DNA from: Schizochytrium sp. TIO01
Lineage: Eukaryota; Protista; Bigyra: Labyrinthulomycetes
Length of the DNA stretch: 64,000 bases
Direction: 5' to 3'
Assembly (NCBI GenBank): GCA_004764695.1
Contig: SMSO01000014.1
Span: 6,748,029 to 6,812,028 of the forward strand
Below the pieces are notes generated by a model. That model had not been told where the DNA came from. It searched no databases and saw nothing but the letters and a program-made list of their open reading frames with translations. A program made the translations under genes and the position numbers. Position 1 is the first letter of the stretch. Each line of letters opens with the position of its first letter. Shown here in pieces: positions 20,176 to 32,600 of the stretch.

Positions 20176-22287
20176 CGCGACTTTCCTATATCAGCTGCTG
20201 ATCGAGGTCCTCGTCCTCGTCCTCGTCCTCGTCCCCGTCCTCGTTAAAACTGAGCTTCTTGTGGAGTTGGACTTGGAATCAACTTCGACTTGGACTTGGA
20301 GTCTGAATTTGAATTTAAAGTTGAAGTCGAAGTTGAAGTTGAATCCAGAGGCGGATCCGGATCGGAGTTCGACTCGGGGTCCGCTCCGGGCGGAAGGCGT
20401 CGCGAGTGTGTGTGTGTGTGTAGAAGATGTCGCGTTCGATGAGTTCGCGGGGCCTCTGTAGGCTCTCCGCTTCCGCGCAGGAGCTGGGCGGGCGCGCAGG
20501 CCGTCGCAAGTCTGCCTCGCCTCGGCAGAAGATAAGATCTCCTTCCTTCCTTCTTCTTCTTCTTCTTAGCGAATTTGAACTTGGATCAGAACTAGATAGA
20601 TATGTAGAGATACTTACTAAGTGCAACATCGCGAACAGCCAAAGTCGCTTATTCCTATAACCTACTTTCCACAGCGCCGCTACAACTGCAACTTTAAAGC
20701 AACAAAGTACAACAAAAAGCCCGCAACTGCAACATTCATTCCCAGCAAAGATAATGAGTCATCATCATTCGTTCGTCATTCCATTTCAATTCACTTTGAT
20801 TTTATTTTATTTTATTTTATTTTATTCTTTTAATAAACAGATAGCAGATACTACCTGCCCACTAGCCACCATTAGCGAGCAAAGTGAATAAAGAACACGA
20901 GAGAGTATCTGCCTACTAGTATCGTTACTGGTAGGGCAGTAGTAGTAGTATCCAAATAAGCCCTTCGTAGTGTGTTTTACATAGGCAAACTATTTATTTT
21001 ATGTGATATTTGTTTATTTTATTTTGTTTTGTTTTGATTTGCTTTGTGTTAGAAATGATCGTCGATCTTTGCCTTTAACTGGATTTGACCATGATCACTT
21101 TACTCTTGCTCAACCTGCAGTTGCAGGGAAGTGAATAAATACGCAAATCCATCGCAATGACGAGCCAACGAATCGTTTCCTCTCTGCCCCAAAGCAGCAG
21201 CTGCTTGAAAGGTATGCACGCACCTTCTTGTCCATGTCTCAATGACGTGCTCTCACAGATAGATCGTATTGCACCTAAGATACTCAGTAGGAGGTGCTAC
21301 CCCCGCGTTAGCCAGAAACCATAGTACTTCCCAGTCCTCTCAGTTCTCCGTAGGAACCTTCGACGATGACCCTTCAGAGTAAATAGATAAATAAATAAAC
21401 AAATCCTGCTCTCTTTCCTTTCAAAGGATCGTACGCTGTGTACTCTTATGCATTTGCGCATCCTTTGATCAACAGCAACGACAACAAATCTTCGCTTCGC
21501 TTCTCATATCGATCCAAACAAACATACAAACAAACATCCAAACAAACAAATAAACAAACAAACCCAAAATTTTTAACTAACTAATAAAATATTGAGTAAA
21601 CATCTTCTTCAGAAGATAGAGATAGATACAAAGAAAGATACAAAGACAGGCAGACATCGAACTGCGTTGCCTCCTGCGCCCTGCGTCGCGAAGCCGCGAG
21701 CGGGCGAGCTCTCGGCCGGCGCGGCCCCGCCTGCAGCGGCCCGGGCCCTCTCCCGCTGCCGCCCGCCCCGGAAGGCGGAGCTTTCGCGAAGGGCCTGAGC
21801 GCTCCGCGATTAAAATACGCCGCCGTGCTGCAATTTAGTACGGCGTCCTAAAATGGGGGCGGCGGACCCTCGAAAGAATCGGGGAAGCGGAGGCGAGAAT
21901 CTCGGCGAGAACTGGAGAAAGAATCAGGCAGAGCGCGGGACACCGGCCGGGGAGAGGCGGCCGCCGCTCAGTGCTGCCGCCGCCTGTGTGGCGAGCGAGC
22001 GAGCGAGGCCTTTCCGGGGTTCCTGCGCGATCGATCGATCCAACCAAGGCCAAGGCCAAGGCCATCCTGATTCTGCGGTTCTCAGTTCCTTTTTATTTTG
22101 TTGATTTATTCATTATTTGTTTACTTTATTTCTATTTTACTTTTATCTTTGTGTTTATCTTTCTTCTTCTTCTTCTTTTTTCTTTTTTTTTAAAGTATAA
22201 AAATACCTTTTTATTGAAGAGTGCTGTAGTATCGCCTATTTATGTGTGTTTGATTATCAAACGCGACATCGCCTTTTAAAATTTATG

Positions 22288-22583
<296 letters not shown>

Positions 22584-22785
22584 TCTATGGGGTTCAGAAA
22601 GGCCGAAATACGGTAAATGGAACGGACGGTCTCTTTCCTTTCGTTCTTTTCGCAGAGCTTTCAAGTTCTTCGCCCGTTCAAGGTTGCCTTCAGTCAGCAC
22701 TCCAAAACTGCGGAGGAGGAGACGATGCAGGGACACGGGTGCCTGCCACCTTCAGAAGGCGGCCGACGCTGCATTTCCAAAGCGT

Positions 22786-22864
22786 ATCGCATCGCATCGC
22801 ATCGCATCGCATCGCATCGCATCGCATCGCATCGCATCGCATCGCATCGCATCGCATCGCATCG
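22786..22864. repeat. (ATCGC)n microsatellite, ~15 units
   Basis: Perfect pentanucleotide tandem. Confidence 0.98.
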
Positions 22865-23596
22865 AACTCGAAGGATTATTAAACAAAATAAACACCTTTC
22901 CTCGCACTTTTATCTTTTCGTCTCTCTCTCTCTCTCTCTTTCTCTCCTTCTTTGCAGTCTTTTGAGTCCTTCAGTTCTCGTTTACTATTGATCTTCTCTT
23001 TTTCACAACTTATGCTTATTATTATCTTCAAATAATAATACTGATCACAATAATAGCTTTTAATCGTAAAAGTTTCTTTTATCTCGCTCTCTAAGCCTGT
23101 TCAAAGTCGCTTCCAACAGAAAGGATTATGCATCATCGTAGCCTAAACAAATCTTTCTTTTCATTTGCATTAAAGTAGGGCCCCACACTCCCCCCAGGCC
23201 CCCTCGAGGATGGCGCATTCACTGTGACAACATGAGGGTATCTTGCACAAGGGGTGCACTGTGGACGTCCTCCTACCGACCTGCGCCTTCTTGGCTTTGG
23301 GTGCGAACGAAGGTCCAGCGCGAAGCAAACCACGTGCCACAGAAGACCCAACGTGGAAAGAAACAAACAAACAAACAAACAAACAAACAAACCTCGGCAG
23401 GAACGGAGGCGCTGCGAGGAGGACGCCACGGCCTGCCTCCTCGAGGCATGGCAGAGCTCCACAATCCATCTTGCATTTATGTAGACGCATTGCGCGAGCT
23501 TACGCGCATTCTTGCACGAGCTCGCGGGTGTGCAACGAATTTCGTTGTGCTCTCAAGTCTGATAGAAAGCAGTACGTAGTAATTCCTATATTCATG

Positions 23597-23857
23597 TTGA
23601 TTGATTGATGTATTGATTGATGCATTGATGTATTGATTGATGCATTGATGTTTTGATTGATGCATTGATGTATTGATGTTTTGATTGATGCATTGATGTA
23701 TTGATTGATGCATTGATTGATTAAAGTTACTTGCTTCAAGTTACTTGCTTCAAGTTACTTGCTTCAAGTTACTTGCTTCAAGTTACTTGCTTCAAGTTAC
23801 TTGCTTCAAGTTACTTGCTTCAAGTTACTTACTTTAAGTTACTTGCTTCAAGTTACT
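23597..23857. repeat. Compound GATT/GATG/GCATT microsatellite followed by a 14-bp minisatellite (AAGTTACTTGCTTC) of ~9.5 units at 23724-23857
   Basis: Seen directly: 7 perfect units, one variant, one perfect, one partial. Confidence 0.95.
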
Positions 23858-25143
23858 AACTTTTTTATAAAATAGTCAATAAACTGTCCAGAAAAATGCA
23901 TATATCTCATGTAGAACATACAACTTTTCGTTTTGAAAGGTGGCTCAAGATAAAGGGTAAGTTAAGTTGTACATCTCTCAGGCTTCAAAACCAAACGGCG
24001 ACCTTTTCATAATGTTTTCTTTTTTTGATAGTCAGTAGGTGGTTTTGAGAGTTAAATACTAATTTAAAGAGATGAGGGGACGCTGCCCTGAAGGCCGGTA
24101 AGCAGGCGGGGCGCCTTAAATTGCGAGAATGATCCACGACAGATAAGCGGCAGTGAGGGAGCGGAGACACTGTTTTGCTCGAGATGGAGGGCATCGAGGC
24201 ATCAAGTTTTCCGCAATTACATTTTCTCGCGCGTGGGTTTTGCAATCCTGAATACCTGCGTGCGAGCTGACCTCAAGGATACTAAGTTGCCACTCATAGT
24301 ACTCCCGCCCATGTGCATAGATCGCCACGTTCGAGAAGTGCAGAGCGAGCACCGCGAAAGGTGCCATCCATCGTGTATGTCGATGACGAGCGACTAACTT
24401 GCACATCTTGAGAAAGCACAAAGTCTCGTTCCGTCTGCGATTGGAACGCCTCAGGAAAAGGAACGCGAAAAGGGGTTGTGCAAATATTGCTGCTTTCCTA
24501 GCTAGTGTAGTTACTACATGTAGCTACTAGTAGGTAGTAGGTACTTCTTCTTCCTGGTCTTCCTTGTCAAGGTCCCCCAGAGGGGCTGTCAGTGATGCTC
24601 ACCTCACGCTTGCAGAATGCAAGCACCAGAGCCTCTTTTGTGAAGCGCTTGCGAGGCCAGGACCTCGTGACAAGACACCCAGCGACGCCTTAGAAAACGC
24701 CCCGACGGCCCTGCTCAGCCTTGAACGGCAAGCTCCACTGAGAGACACTTCTGGCAAGTGGTCAAGGCAACGGCTAGAGACATTCTGGCCTGGTCTCGAA
24801 AGAATCCAACGCTGGCGAAGCTCTCAGTGATCCTAGCTGTAGCTCAAGAAACAACGTTCTCGTGGCTGTTGTGATTTTGGGTCTGAAGCAAACCGTGTCA
24901 ATAGAGTCGAAATATAGAAAGAATAGTTCGGCAAACCAGAAATCAAGAGAGACTGCGAACGAACCAAGAGTTATCATCCACACCTACGTGGGTGGAAAAC
25001 CACGGCAGTTGTGAAACTACGAACCTACCGCTCCCAACGCGTGTTGAACGATCTACTAAGCCAGTCGAAACGAAATCAAGAAAATCCAGCATTGTATAGA
25101 GAACCTAGGAAGTAGATATCGCCATCCTACTAATAGTACAAAT

Positions 25144-25995
25144 ATGTCGGGAAAGAAACCTCGTGCGGTGAAACCTGATGACCTTACTGTACTGAAAACC
25201 GTTGTGGCACCCGTGATTGTTGTGGGTTCGGTAATCTCCGCCGCTGCCCTCATTGGTGACTGGGTCGAAGCAAACTACCCTGGCCATTATCTTGAGCGTG
25301 GCGGGAGTGAGTGGCACGAAGGCGGTCTTATCAACAAGATTGGTATTTTTCTTATCATTTACTCCATCATCCTTATCACATCGCGGGCATCAACCTCTGG
25401 AGTATACTATGTGTGCGAAGTCCTATGGGCGTGCAACTCCTCGATGCTGCTGGCTAGTGTAGGAATGTGCACCCAACGTCCACTTTTGGTCGGAGCTGCA
25501 ACTACCATGGTGGGTATCGATCAACTTTCGTGGTACATTGACTGTATTGCCTACCTGTTGACAGGAAAGTTCCCCTTGGGCGTTGCAAAATACCTTGTAA
25601 GTCCATCATTGTCGCGCATTCACTTCTGGACCTCCTTTCATCATCTATTCTTTCTCCCGTTGTGTTTCTTCTCGCTACGCAAGATTGGTATGCCAAGTGC
25701 CAGCTACCCACTCTGTGTATTCGTGACTTCTCTGTTAGTGATTGCCGCTCGTATCTTTACCCCTTTTGCGGTCAACGAGGGGAAAAGTATCAAAGTCTTC
25801 AATATCAACTTGTCTTATGAGTTTTGGGATGATGTCAAAATTCCTCTCGTGCACGCCATGGACCATCGTCCAGCATACCTTTACCTTCCCTACCTACTAG
25901 GCTTTTGCAACATTTACTTGAACGGAATTCCAGTCGCACTTATTTATTACGGTTTGAACTTATTACGCGATTCGTTTTATGCCCGTGACAAATAA
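25144..25995 (+). CDS. Multi-pass membrane protein, probably TMEM164/YwaF (TP0381)-like
   Basis: 283 aa with about 7 hydrophobic segments. Motifs LWACN, SFHHLFFLP and NIN resemble the Cys/His/Asn pattern of this family. Confidence 0.7.
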   Translation: MSGKKPRAVKPDDLTVLKTVVAPVIVVGSVISAAALIGDWVEANYPGHYLERGGSEWHEGGLINKIGIFLIIYSIILITSRASTSGVYYVCEVLWACNSSMLLASVGMCTQRPLLVGAATTMVGIDQLSWYIDCIAYLLTGKFPLGVAKYLVSPSLSRIHFWTSFHHLFFLPLCFFSLRKIGMPSASYPLCVFVTSLLVIAARIFTPFAVNEGKSIKVFNINLSYEFWDDVKIPLVHAMDHRPAYLYLPYLLGFCNIYLNGIPVALIYYGLNLLRDSFYARDK

Positions 25996-26324
25996 TATGC
26001 TTGCCAATGATGATTTAGGTGGATAGTTTAGTAGAGCAATCATAATTAGGGCCACGTTTTGTCTAGAGCAATACAAAAAGGTCATTGGTATACGTATATA
26101 TATAAAATATGATTTGCGCATGTTTTTTGCTGTTCTATTGATGTTAACTATTGCTGAGCCCAAAGCACGATGCCTTTTCTTGAAAGAAGATTCGCGTCTC
26201 GCGTCTTACGTTGAGTACTTCACTCTGGACTTTCCAATTTACATTCGCTAAATATGCAATACATATGTTTCGTCAACATAAAAAATGGTACTCATACTAT
26301 TATGACTTACAGCACAACTGGAGT

Positions 26325-26912
26325 CTAGCAGTCATCGTGGTACCGGTTCCTAGGAATGTTAGTGTTGAGACCACAATCTCGCTGCATACCTGCAAGAAAC
26401 GTGTTGGTAAACTGATTCATGTGCGGGTACAATTTAGTGTCAAACTGAGGCTTCTTAGCGCCAATATCATTCGATGTGGTTGTGTAGATCTTATGCTCTG
26501 ACTTTCGACCAACCTCGTAGTTTTTGAATTTTAGATCTACTGAGTGCTTGAGCTTATTTGGTGGAGCAGGTCCATCACGATCCTTGATAACATGTTTCGC
26601 TGCCTTGACCTTTTTCAAATCGTCCATAGCATTGCACAATGTGTTTTTCTCGAATCCAAAGCCTCCGTACGAACTGCTTGTAGATTGCCAAAATGTGCTC
26701 AAGAATTGTGCTTCTTCATCCGACTGGTTCTTCTTCGCAATTGCTTTTGTGACTTCCTCACTAGGCTTCACATCATAGCTTGGTCGCCAACCATAAGTTT
26801 CATTTGTTGATACATAAAACACACTCGCGCTATTTTTCGCCGGCAGTCTTGCTCGTGGCGATGGCAGCGGTTGCACATCTGCCTCCTCACGGCTTCCCTC
26901 GCCCCTCTCCAT
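26325..26912 (-). CDS. PIERCE1/2 (DUF4490, FAP182)-like ciliary microtubule inner protein
   Basis: C-terminus IYTTTSNDIGAKKP...YPHMNQFTNTFLAGMQRDCGLNT matches the DUF4490 pattern YxTxxxxYG...F....GM.RxxxLNT. First ATG is at 26912; the frame is open to ~27005, so the start is uncertain. Confidence 0.72.
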   Translation of the reverse strand: MERGEGSREEADVQPLPSPRARLPAKNSASVFYVSTNETYGWRPSYDVKPSEEVTKAIAKKNQSDEEAQFLSTFWQSTSSSYGGFGFEKNTLCNAMDDLKKVKAAKHVIKDRDGPAPPNKLKHSVDLKFKNYEVGRKSEHKIYTTTSNDIGAKKPQFDTKLYPHMNQFTNTFLAGMQRDCGLNTNIPRNRYHDDC

Positions 26913-28196
26913 CTTGCGTTCTAGGTTTGCCTCTCCACAATCTCCTTCGACCTCCTCTGCTAAAGGTGGCTTTGTTGTCTCGTTATCGTACCTCAACACC
27001 TTCTGTCTAAACGCGACTCGTCAATCCTCAAATGCCAAAGATCAAAGTTGCCAGGCTGACCTAACTAGCTTTGAAGTTCTCTTTGACCTTGACAAACCCC
27101 ATCGACAATTTTCGCCAGAGCACAGTGTTCTCGAGGTCTCTTACACGCACCGCTACATCCTGGAATTCTATTCTTTCATGTACTTTTCTCTCTGTCAACG
27201 GATCTCCGATGCCTAATGGGAACGCGCCTGACCGCAACTGCACCACATCTCCTTACAAAAGTAATGCAAATCAGAATAAATGTTTATTTTTATGGATTAC
27301 TAAGATATACTTAGGACAAGATCTAGAAAACAGAAACATCACAATCGACGTCACTCACTTTGTTGAAACTAATGAAATGGGATCCATGACATTAAGGAAT
27401 TGCTGGTGGGAGAAAGAAGTCTAGAAGGCTAAGATGAAGAAGAACGTGGGCGTGGCAGCAGCTTTTGGCAATACCTTCGATGTCTATCTGCTCCGCAAAT
27501 AGTAGTTCATTCGGTTTTATGATGGTATTTATTACATGGAACGTGCGGCTTACCATCTAATAGAAAATGATGGCACAACTTGAAGTAGGTAAGGTCGACG
27601 GAGAAACTTAATGGGTGAAATGAAGAGGAAATGTAACAATAGAAAGAGATTGAAGCCTGAAGAAGATAACACAGTATTTTAAGTTTAAGAAAATACAATT
27701 TATTTATTCAAGCATCCTCGGCCACACGTGAGACCACTATAGCCTAATACGATGTATAATCCTAAAAGACGCAAACCTTCAGTGAACTCTGCTAATGATT
27801 GCTTTTCTCAAAGTGCGTGAGTGAAGGAGTCGTGCGACAGATCAACCATTCTAGGCAGCGTGTGGAGATTGTTTTCCTATTGTGTTTGCTAGTGCGTTTG
27901 GTGGTTTTCTTCCTTCCTTCCATTTTTTGTTGTTTGGTTTCTTTAAAGGCAGTTTATGCTATATGTTATTGTTTATGCTATTAATAGTGCTACTGTGACA
28001 TCTTGATGAATTTCATGGATGAAAATGATCTTGAGATTGGATAGAGTAATGATCGGTAGTAGCAAGCAGACCTGAATCGACGCCTTCGGCTCCCCGAAGA
28101 CTCTTCTGCTGTCCTCTTAGCGCCAGCTTCCGCTTGGATTGCCCCGCGCTCACCTTTAACTTCGAAGCCTTCGTTTCTTTCAACTTGCCTAGCACT

Positions 28197-29024
28197 ATGG
28201 TCATGATGGAGTCGACGATGCTCAAGTCCATGCGCGCCGCAGGCTCCCGCGTGGGTGCCCGCCGTGCACTCAGCGCTGCTGCCGCCCGTGGTGGATACAC
28301 CGTGCGTGCCGAGGGCCCCAACTTCAACGGCTTTCCTCTCAAGAACGACGAGGGCTACCGTCTGTTCTTTGAGGACAGCGAGGGCAAGACCATCTCCCCG
28401 TGGCACGACGTGCCCCTCTTTGTGAACAAGGAGGCTCGCATCGTGAACTTCGTGAACGAGATTCCCCGTGGTGCCGTTGAGAAGATGGAGATCGCCACCA
28501 AGGAGGAGCTCAACCCCATCAAGCAGGACGTGAAGAAGGGCAAGCTTCGTCTCTACCCGTTCCAGTCCCTTGTGAACTATGGCTGCCTTCCCCAGACCTG
28601 GGAGGACCCTGAGCACAAGGATGCCTCCACCGGCATGCTCGGTGACAACGACCCCGTTGACGTTGTCGAGGTTGGATCCCGCGTGGCTGAGATGGGTGCC
28701 ATCTACCCCGTCAAGGTTCTCGGTATCCTCGGCATGATCGATGAGGGCGAGATGGACTGGAAGACCATTGCCATTGCCGCTGACGATCCTCTTGCTGCCC
28801 ACATCAACACCGTCGCTGACCTCGAGAGGGAGATGCCCGGCAAGGTCAAGAGCATCGTTGACTGGTTCAAGTTCTACAAGATGCCGGATGGCAAGCCTGA
28901 GAACGAGTTCGCCTTCGACGACCAGGCTAAGGACGAGGCTTTCGCCATGGACATCATTGACCTCACCTACAAGTCCTGGCAGAGCACCGCCAACGTCTCC
29001 AAGGCTGGACTCTGGAAGCCCTAA
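28197..29024 (+). CDS. Family I soluble inorganic pyrophosphatase with a probable mitochondrial presequence
   Basis: ISPWHDVPL, EIPRG, KMEI, NPIKQDVKKGKLR, NYGCLPQTWEDP, GDNDPVDVVE, DEGEMDWK, WFKFYKMPDGKPEN. Arg/Ala/Ser-rich leader and strong C/G third-position bias. Confidence 0.96.
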   Translation: MVMMESTMLKSMRAAGSRVGARRALSAAAARGGYTVRAEGPNFNGFPLKNDEGYRLFFEDSEGKTISPWHDVPLFVNKEARIVNFVNEIPRGAVEKMEIATKEELNPIKQDVKKGKLRLYPFQSLVNYGCLPQTWEDPEHKDASTGMLGDNDPVDVVEVGSRVAEMGAIYPVKVLGILGMIDEGEMDWKTIAIAADDPLAAHINTVADLEREMPGKVKSIVDWFKFYKMPDGKPENEFAFDDQAKDEAFAMDIIDLTYKSWQSTANVSKAGLWKP

Positions 29025-29681
29025 ATTAAGTTGTGCTTTTCGTGTGATTAAATCTAACTTTACCCTTTAGATCCGTCCCCCTTTTTTGTTGCACGTTTTG
29101 TTTTATAGCGCCTACCCGAACCATACATAACTCCTTACAGGAATATCGTCAACAACGTCATCCATCCATCCACTATCGCTGTCAAGCATTTTGTTCAATC
29201 AAAGGCATGTAACAGTTTCTGTTGTTTTGCGCGTTGTAAGGTAGGCTATGTCTAATTTAGCATCACTTGGAGATTTGTTGATTAACGACTACCAGGCTAG
29301 TTTTCTGGGACTTTAGCTTAGTACGTGAAGTTTGTTTGCACGCAGTTCGCTCACAGTGGTCTCCAAGGTCTAATCACATTTTAATGAAAATTAAAAGCAG
29401 ATGAGTAACTAAAATAAGCAAATTTATTGATTCTTGTACTTTATGTAACGATCTTTCAAAACTAGCATAAATCGTATTCACAAGAACTAAAAAGAAAATA
29501 AACATCAATTTCTTATGAATTAAAACTATAGTATTGCAAGATCATTTTACACATCGACGGTTTGTCAGGTCATAAAAGTAATAAGAGGGACAAGCAATTT
29601 TTTTTGGCAAGACATGACAGTTTTCTAGGGAACGAAAAAGGAGGTTTGTGAAAGTCAACGTATGAGAAGGCTGCTTTCAAA

Positions 29682-32600
29682 TTATCTGGAAGAACCGTGG
29701 CGATGATGTGCGATCCATACCTTTACAGCAGTTTCGACAATGTCTCTATTCTTTTGCTGATCCGCCACATTAAGCTCTTCAAATGGCAAACGCTGAGCAT
29801 CCTCTACCCAGGATTTTTTAGCATTTCGTTTAAGCCAATGCTCGTGTTGAGAGGCGGCCGCGTCCTTCAAGAAGTCCTCTGATTCGAGCATTACATACAG
29901 CTCGCTGATATCAAGATTCGCTCGCTCCCATCGCACATAACCTTGTCGGATTGATTCGCAAGCATCATGAGCAGCTAAAAGGTTGTCCATTTGAAAGTGG
30001 CCAGGGAGATCGGAGAACGCAAGATTTGCAATATCGTACTCCACATCCTTGATAACCTTAACACGAGGGTTGTATGTACCATCCTCCTGGCGACCACGAT
30101 TTTCACGCCATACGTCATGCAATGTAGCTGCAACATGAGCTTCGAAACGATCCATCGGGATCCCTTCCTCCACAGCCCGAAGAGCTTGCGAAAGCGATGT
30201 TTCTTCGACATCCTCCTCTGCTCCAGCAGTAGATTCCTCCTGCGATGCAGGAGACTGGGGTCTTGTGCTGGACTGTAAAGATTTTGGCGAAAGTGGCGAA
30301 CGAACGTTTTTGTGGAGGGATTCTGTTGAAACTGTATTTGGTCGTGCTGGGCGACTTGCACCACCTTGGAGAGAATTATTTGACCCGCCCATTTGTGTAA
30401 TGCTGCCCACAACCCGTTTCTTGACCTTACGCATTGCTTCCACGTGCTCTCGCCGATCAACATCCTGGCTTGCCTTCCACAGTTTAGACTCAAGTGCCAA
30501 ACGATTAGTGCGCTCTTGCATGTTATTCAAAATCATCACAAGCTGTGTTAGACGTGTTGAAAGAGGCTTTGCTTCGAGATCCGCGTGATATCCTTCGTGC
30601 ACAACCATCCAAAGACCAGTGCTCTCCATAATTTTATAGTACTCAACAATAGAATCTGCACCAACTTCCTCAAGCTGATCTTGGTTTGGAATCACCATAT
30701 GGCATGCAAGACGACCAAGTGCCTCTAGAAAGTCCAAAAACCCTAGTGCAACTAACTCTCGCCAGTGCTGGATTTCATCAATCAGGTCTAATGTTGAGTT
30801 ACGAAAGATTGTGTTGCACTCGCGCAAAGTGAACAGAGGATTAAACATACCAGCATCCACAAGAAACTCTTGCCATTCAACAAAGGCAAGACGCTTTCCG
30901 CGACATCCACCAGCGCGGTTAGAATTTTCACTCACTCCAGCATACTGTGAAAATACTGACTTAAATTTGGATAAATGCTCCCGAAGAACAATATCAACAT
31001 CCTCCCGGTACAAAATATCCGCCCGAAAGCGATCAGGTGCTCCAAGCACCGGTTCCATCGGGCCGGCTGCACGCATGCCATTGAAAAGAGCTTCAACACC
31101 TGCACAAGCATCAGGACTTTTACCCGACTTCACGTATTTAGCTTCTGCAACACGAACCAAAGCTTCCAAATATTGATAGCGCATCATTGAGCTACCACGC
31201 TTGAGACTGAGAACTGTACACTCGGACTCAAAAGAATGTTGGGCAGGCGTCCAATCTTCGACAGCGTTTTTGGTTACCTGAATAAAAATAGTATTGCAAT
31301 GTCCTTCCTGAATTAGACTGTCAGCAGCTGTCTCCTTAATATCTGCATGTTCGCAAAGCTCAGTGAACTCTAACATCTGCAAAGTAAAAATGCTTCCAAT
31401 TTCCATGGTGGCTGAAAAGTACCGAAACGAATCGCACACCATATCATAGTTGGCCACAAGCAGACGTTTCAGGTCTGTAATTACGTCTTCGTACCGTGAT
31501 ACCAGCTTGCGAAACGTCCGCTTTTGTTCACAAAGCTGCCAATCTTTTTCAAAAGCGGCAGCACGAATATCCTGCGCATTGTAGAAAGAGCCCCATGTTT
31601 GAACACGCTGTGCAAAGATGGAATTATCAATATTCCAGGGTTCTCCATCATTTCCGTCTTGGCTATTTTCGTCATCACTACTTTCCACAATATGACCGTC
31701 ATGACAATGCCGAGTGAGCATTGGTAGTTGTTCATCGAGAACACGACCATCCCGCGTCCATGTGACCTTTGTCAAGGGCTGTTTGTTGTCGTAAGAAGCC
31801 AAGCTGTAGAAGTCTGTAGGTGGGCATGTCACGTATGCAATGGGTAAAGGTGCGTGGCTCAATGTGCCAGCAAGACACTTTTCATTCGATAGAAGTCGTG
31901 GAATCTTCGGCAGGCGCCCGTTCTCGAATCCAAGGTCACTTGTGCTTGATGGAGGCAGCTCAGGCGTATCTACATCTTCTGGGTTATCTTTGCCAAAGAG
32001 AGGTCCTCCCGAAAGGTATAAAAATATCTCCTCTCCATCTGGAAGGCAAAAGCGAGGCAAGTCATTGTAAACCCGGGCCCCCTCTTTGTGGGGAAATTTG
32101 GAAAGGCTTACTCGCTTTGGTGACGTCATATTTTCGATGCGTCGTTTAAGATCACGGCGATGCTGACGTTTAAGCGCTCTACGTTTCTTTTTAGCTAACT
32201 TTTCTGCAGTTCGTGCCTGAATTTCCTCAGAAGGTGCTTCACCTGAGCTACTATCGCTGTTGTAATCATCCGATGAAAGACTTGTTTCAGATCCTGTCTC
32301 CTCCCCTAAGTCAGCATCAATTGCACGGAGGTTGCTATACGGATCTCCACCGCGATTGAAAACAAACTGAGAATAGGGTCGCGATGAGTTCATTTTGACA
32401 CGAATCTCATTCACACGACGAGGTTGGTATAATGTTGGGTCCGCAACAATGTCATATGCGCCAGTGTGAAGATCAGCGTTCGAATATTTAGCTTGTGACA
32501 CTGCTGCCTGGAGAGCTGGGGCATCATGAGATGACGCAGAAGCCTCGCCCTGGACATTGGGCTGACCGTCAACATCTAACTTGAGCGTCTTCTTTGGTGA

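Noticed and set aside
23724-23857. CRISPR-like array
   Set aside because: Head-to-tail 14-mers with no spacers, no cas genes, eukaryotic context.
27061-27246. Upstream exon for the PIERCE-like gene
   Set aside because: I could not find a donor/acceptor pair that convincingly joins an ATG-containing frame; left unresolved.
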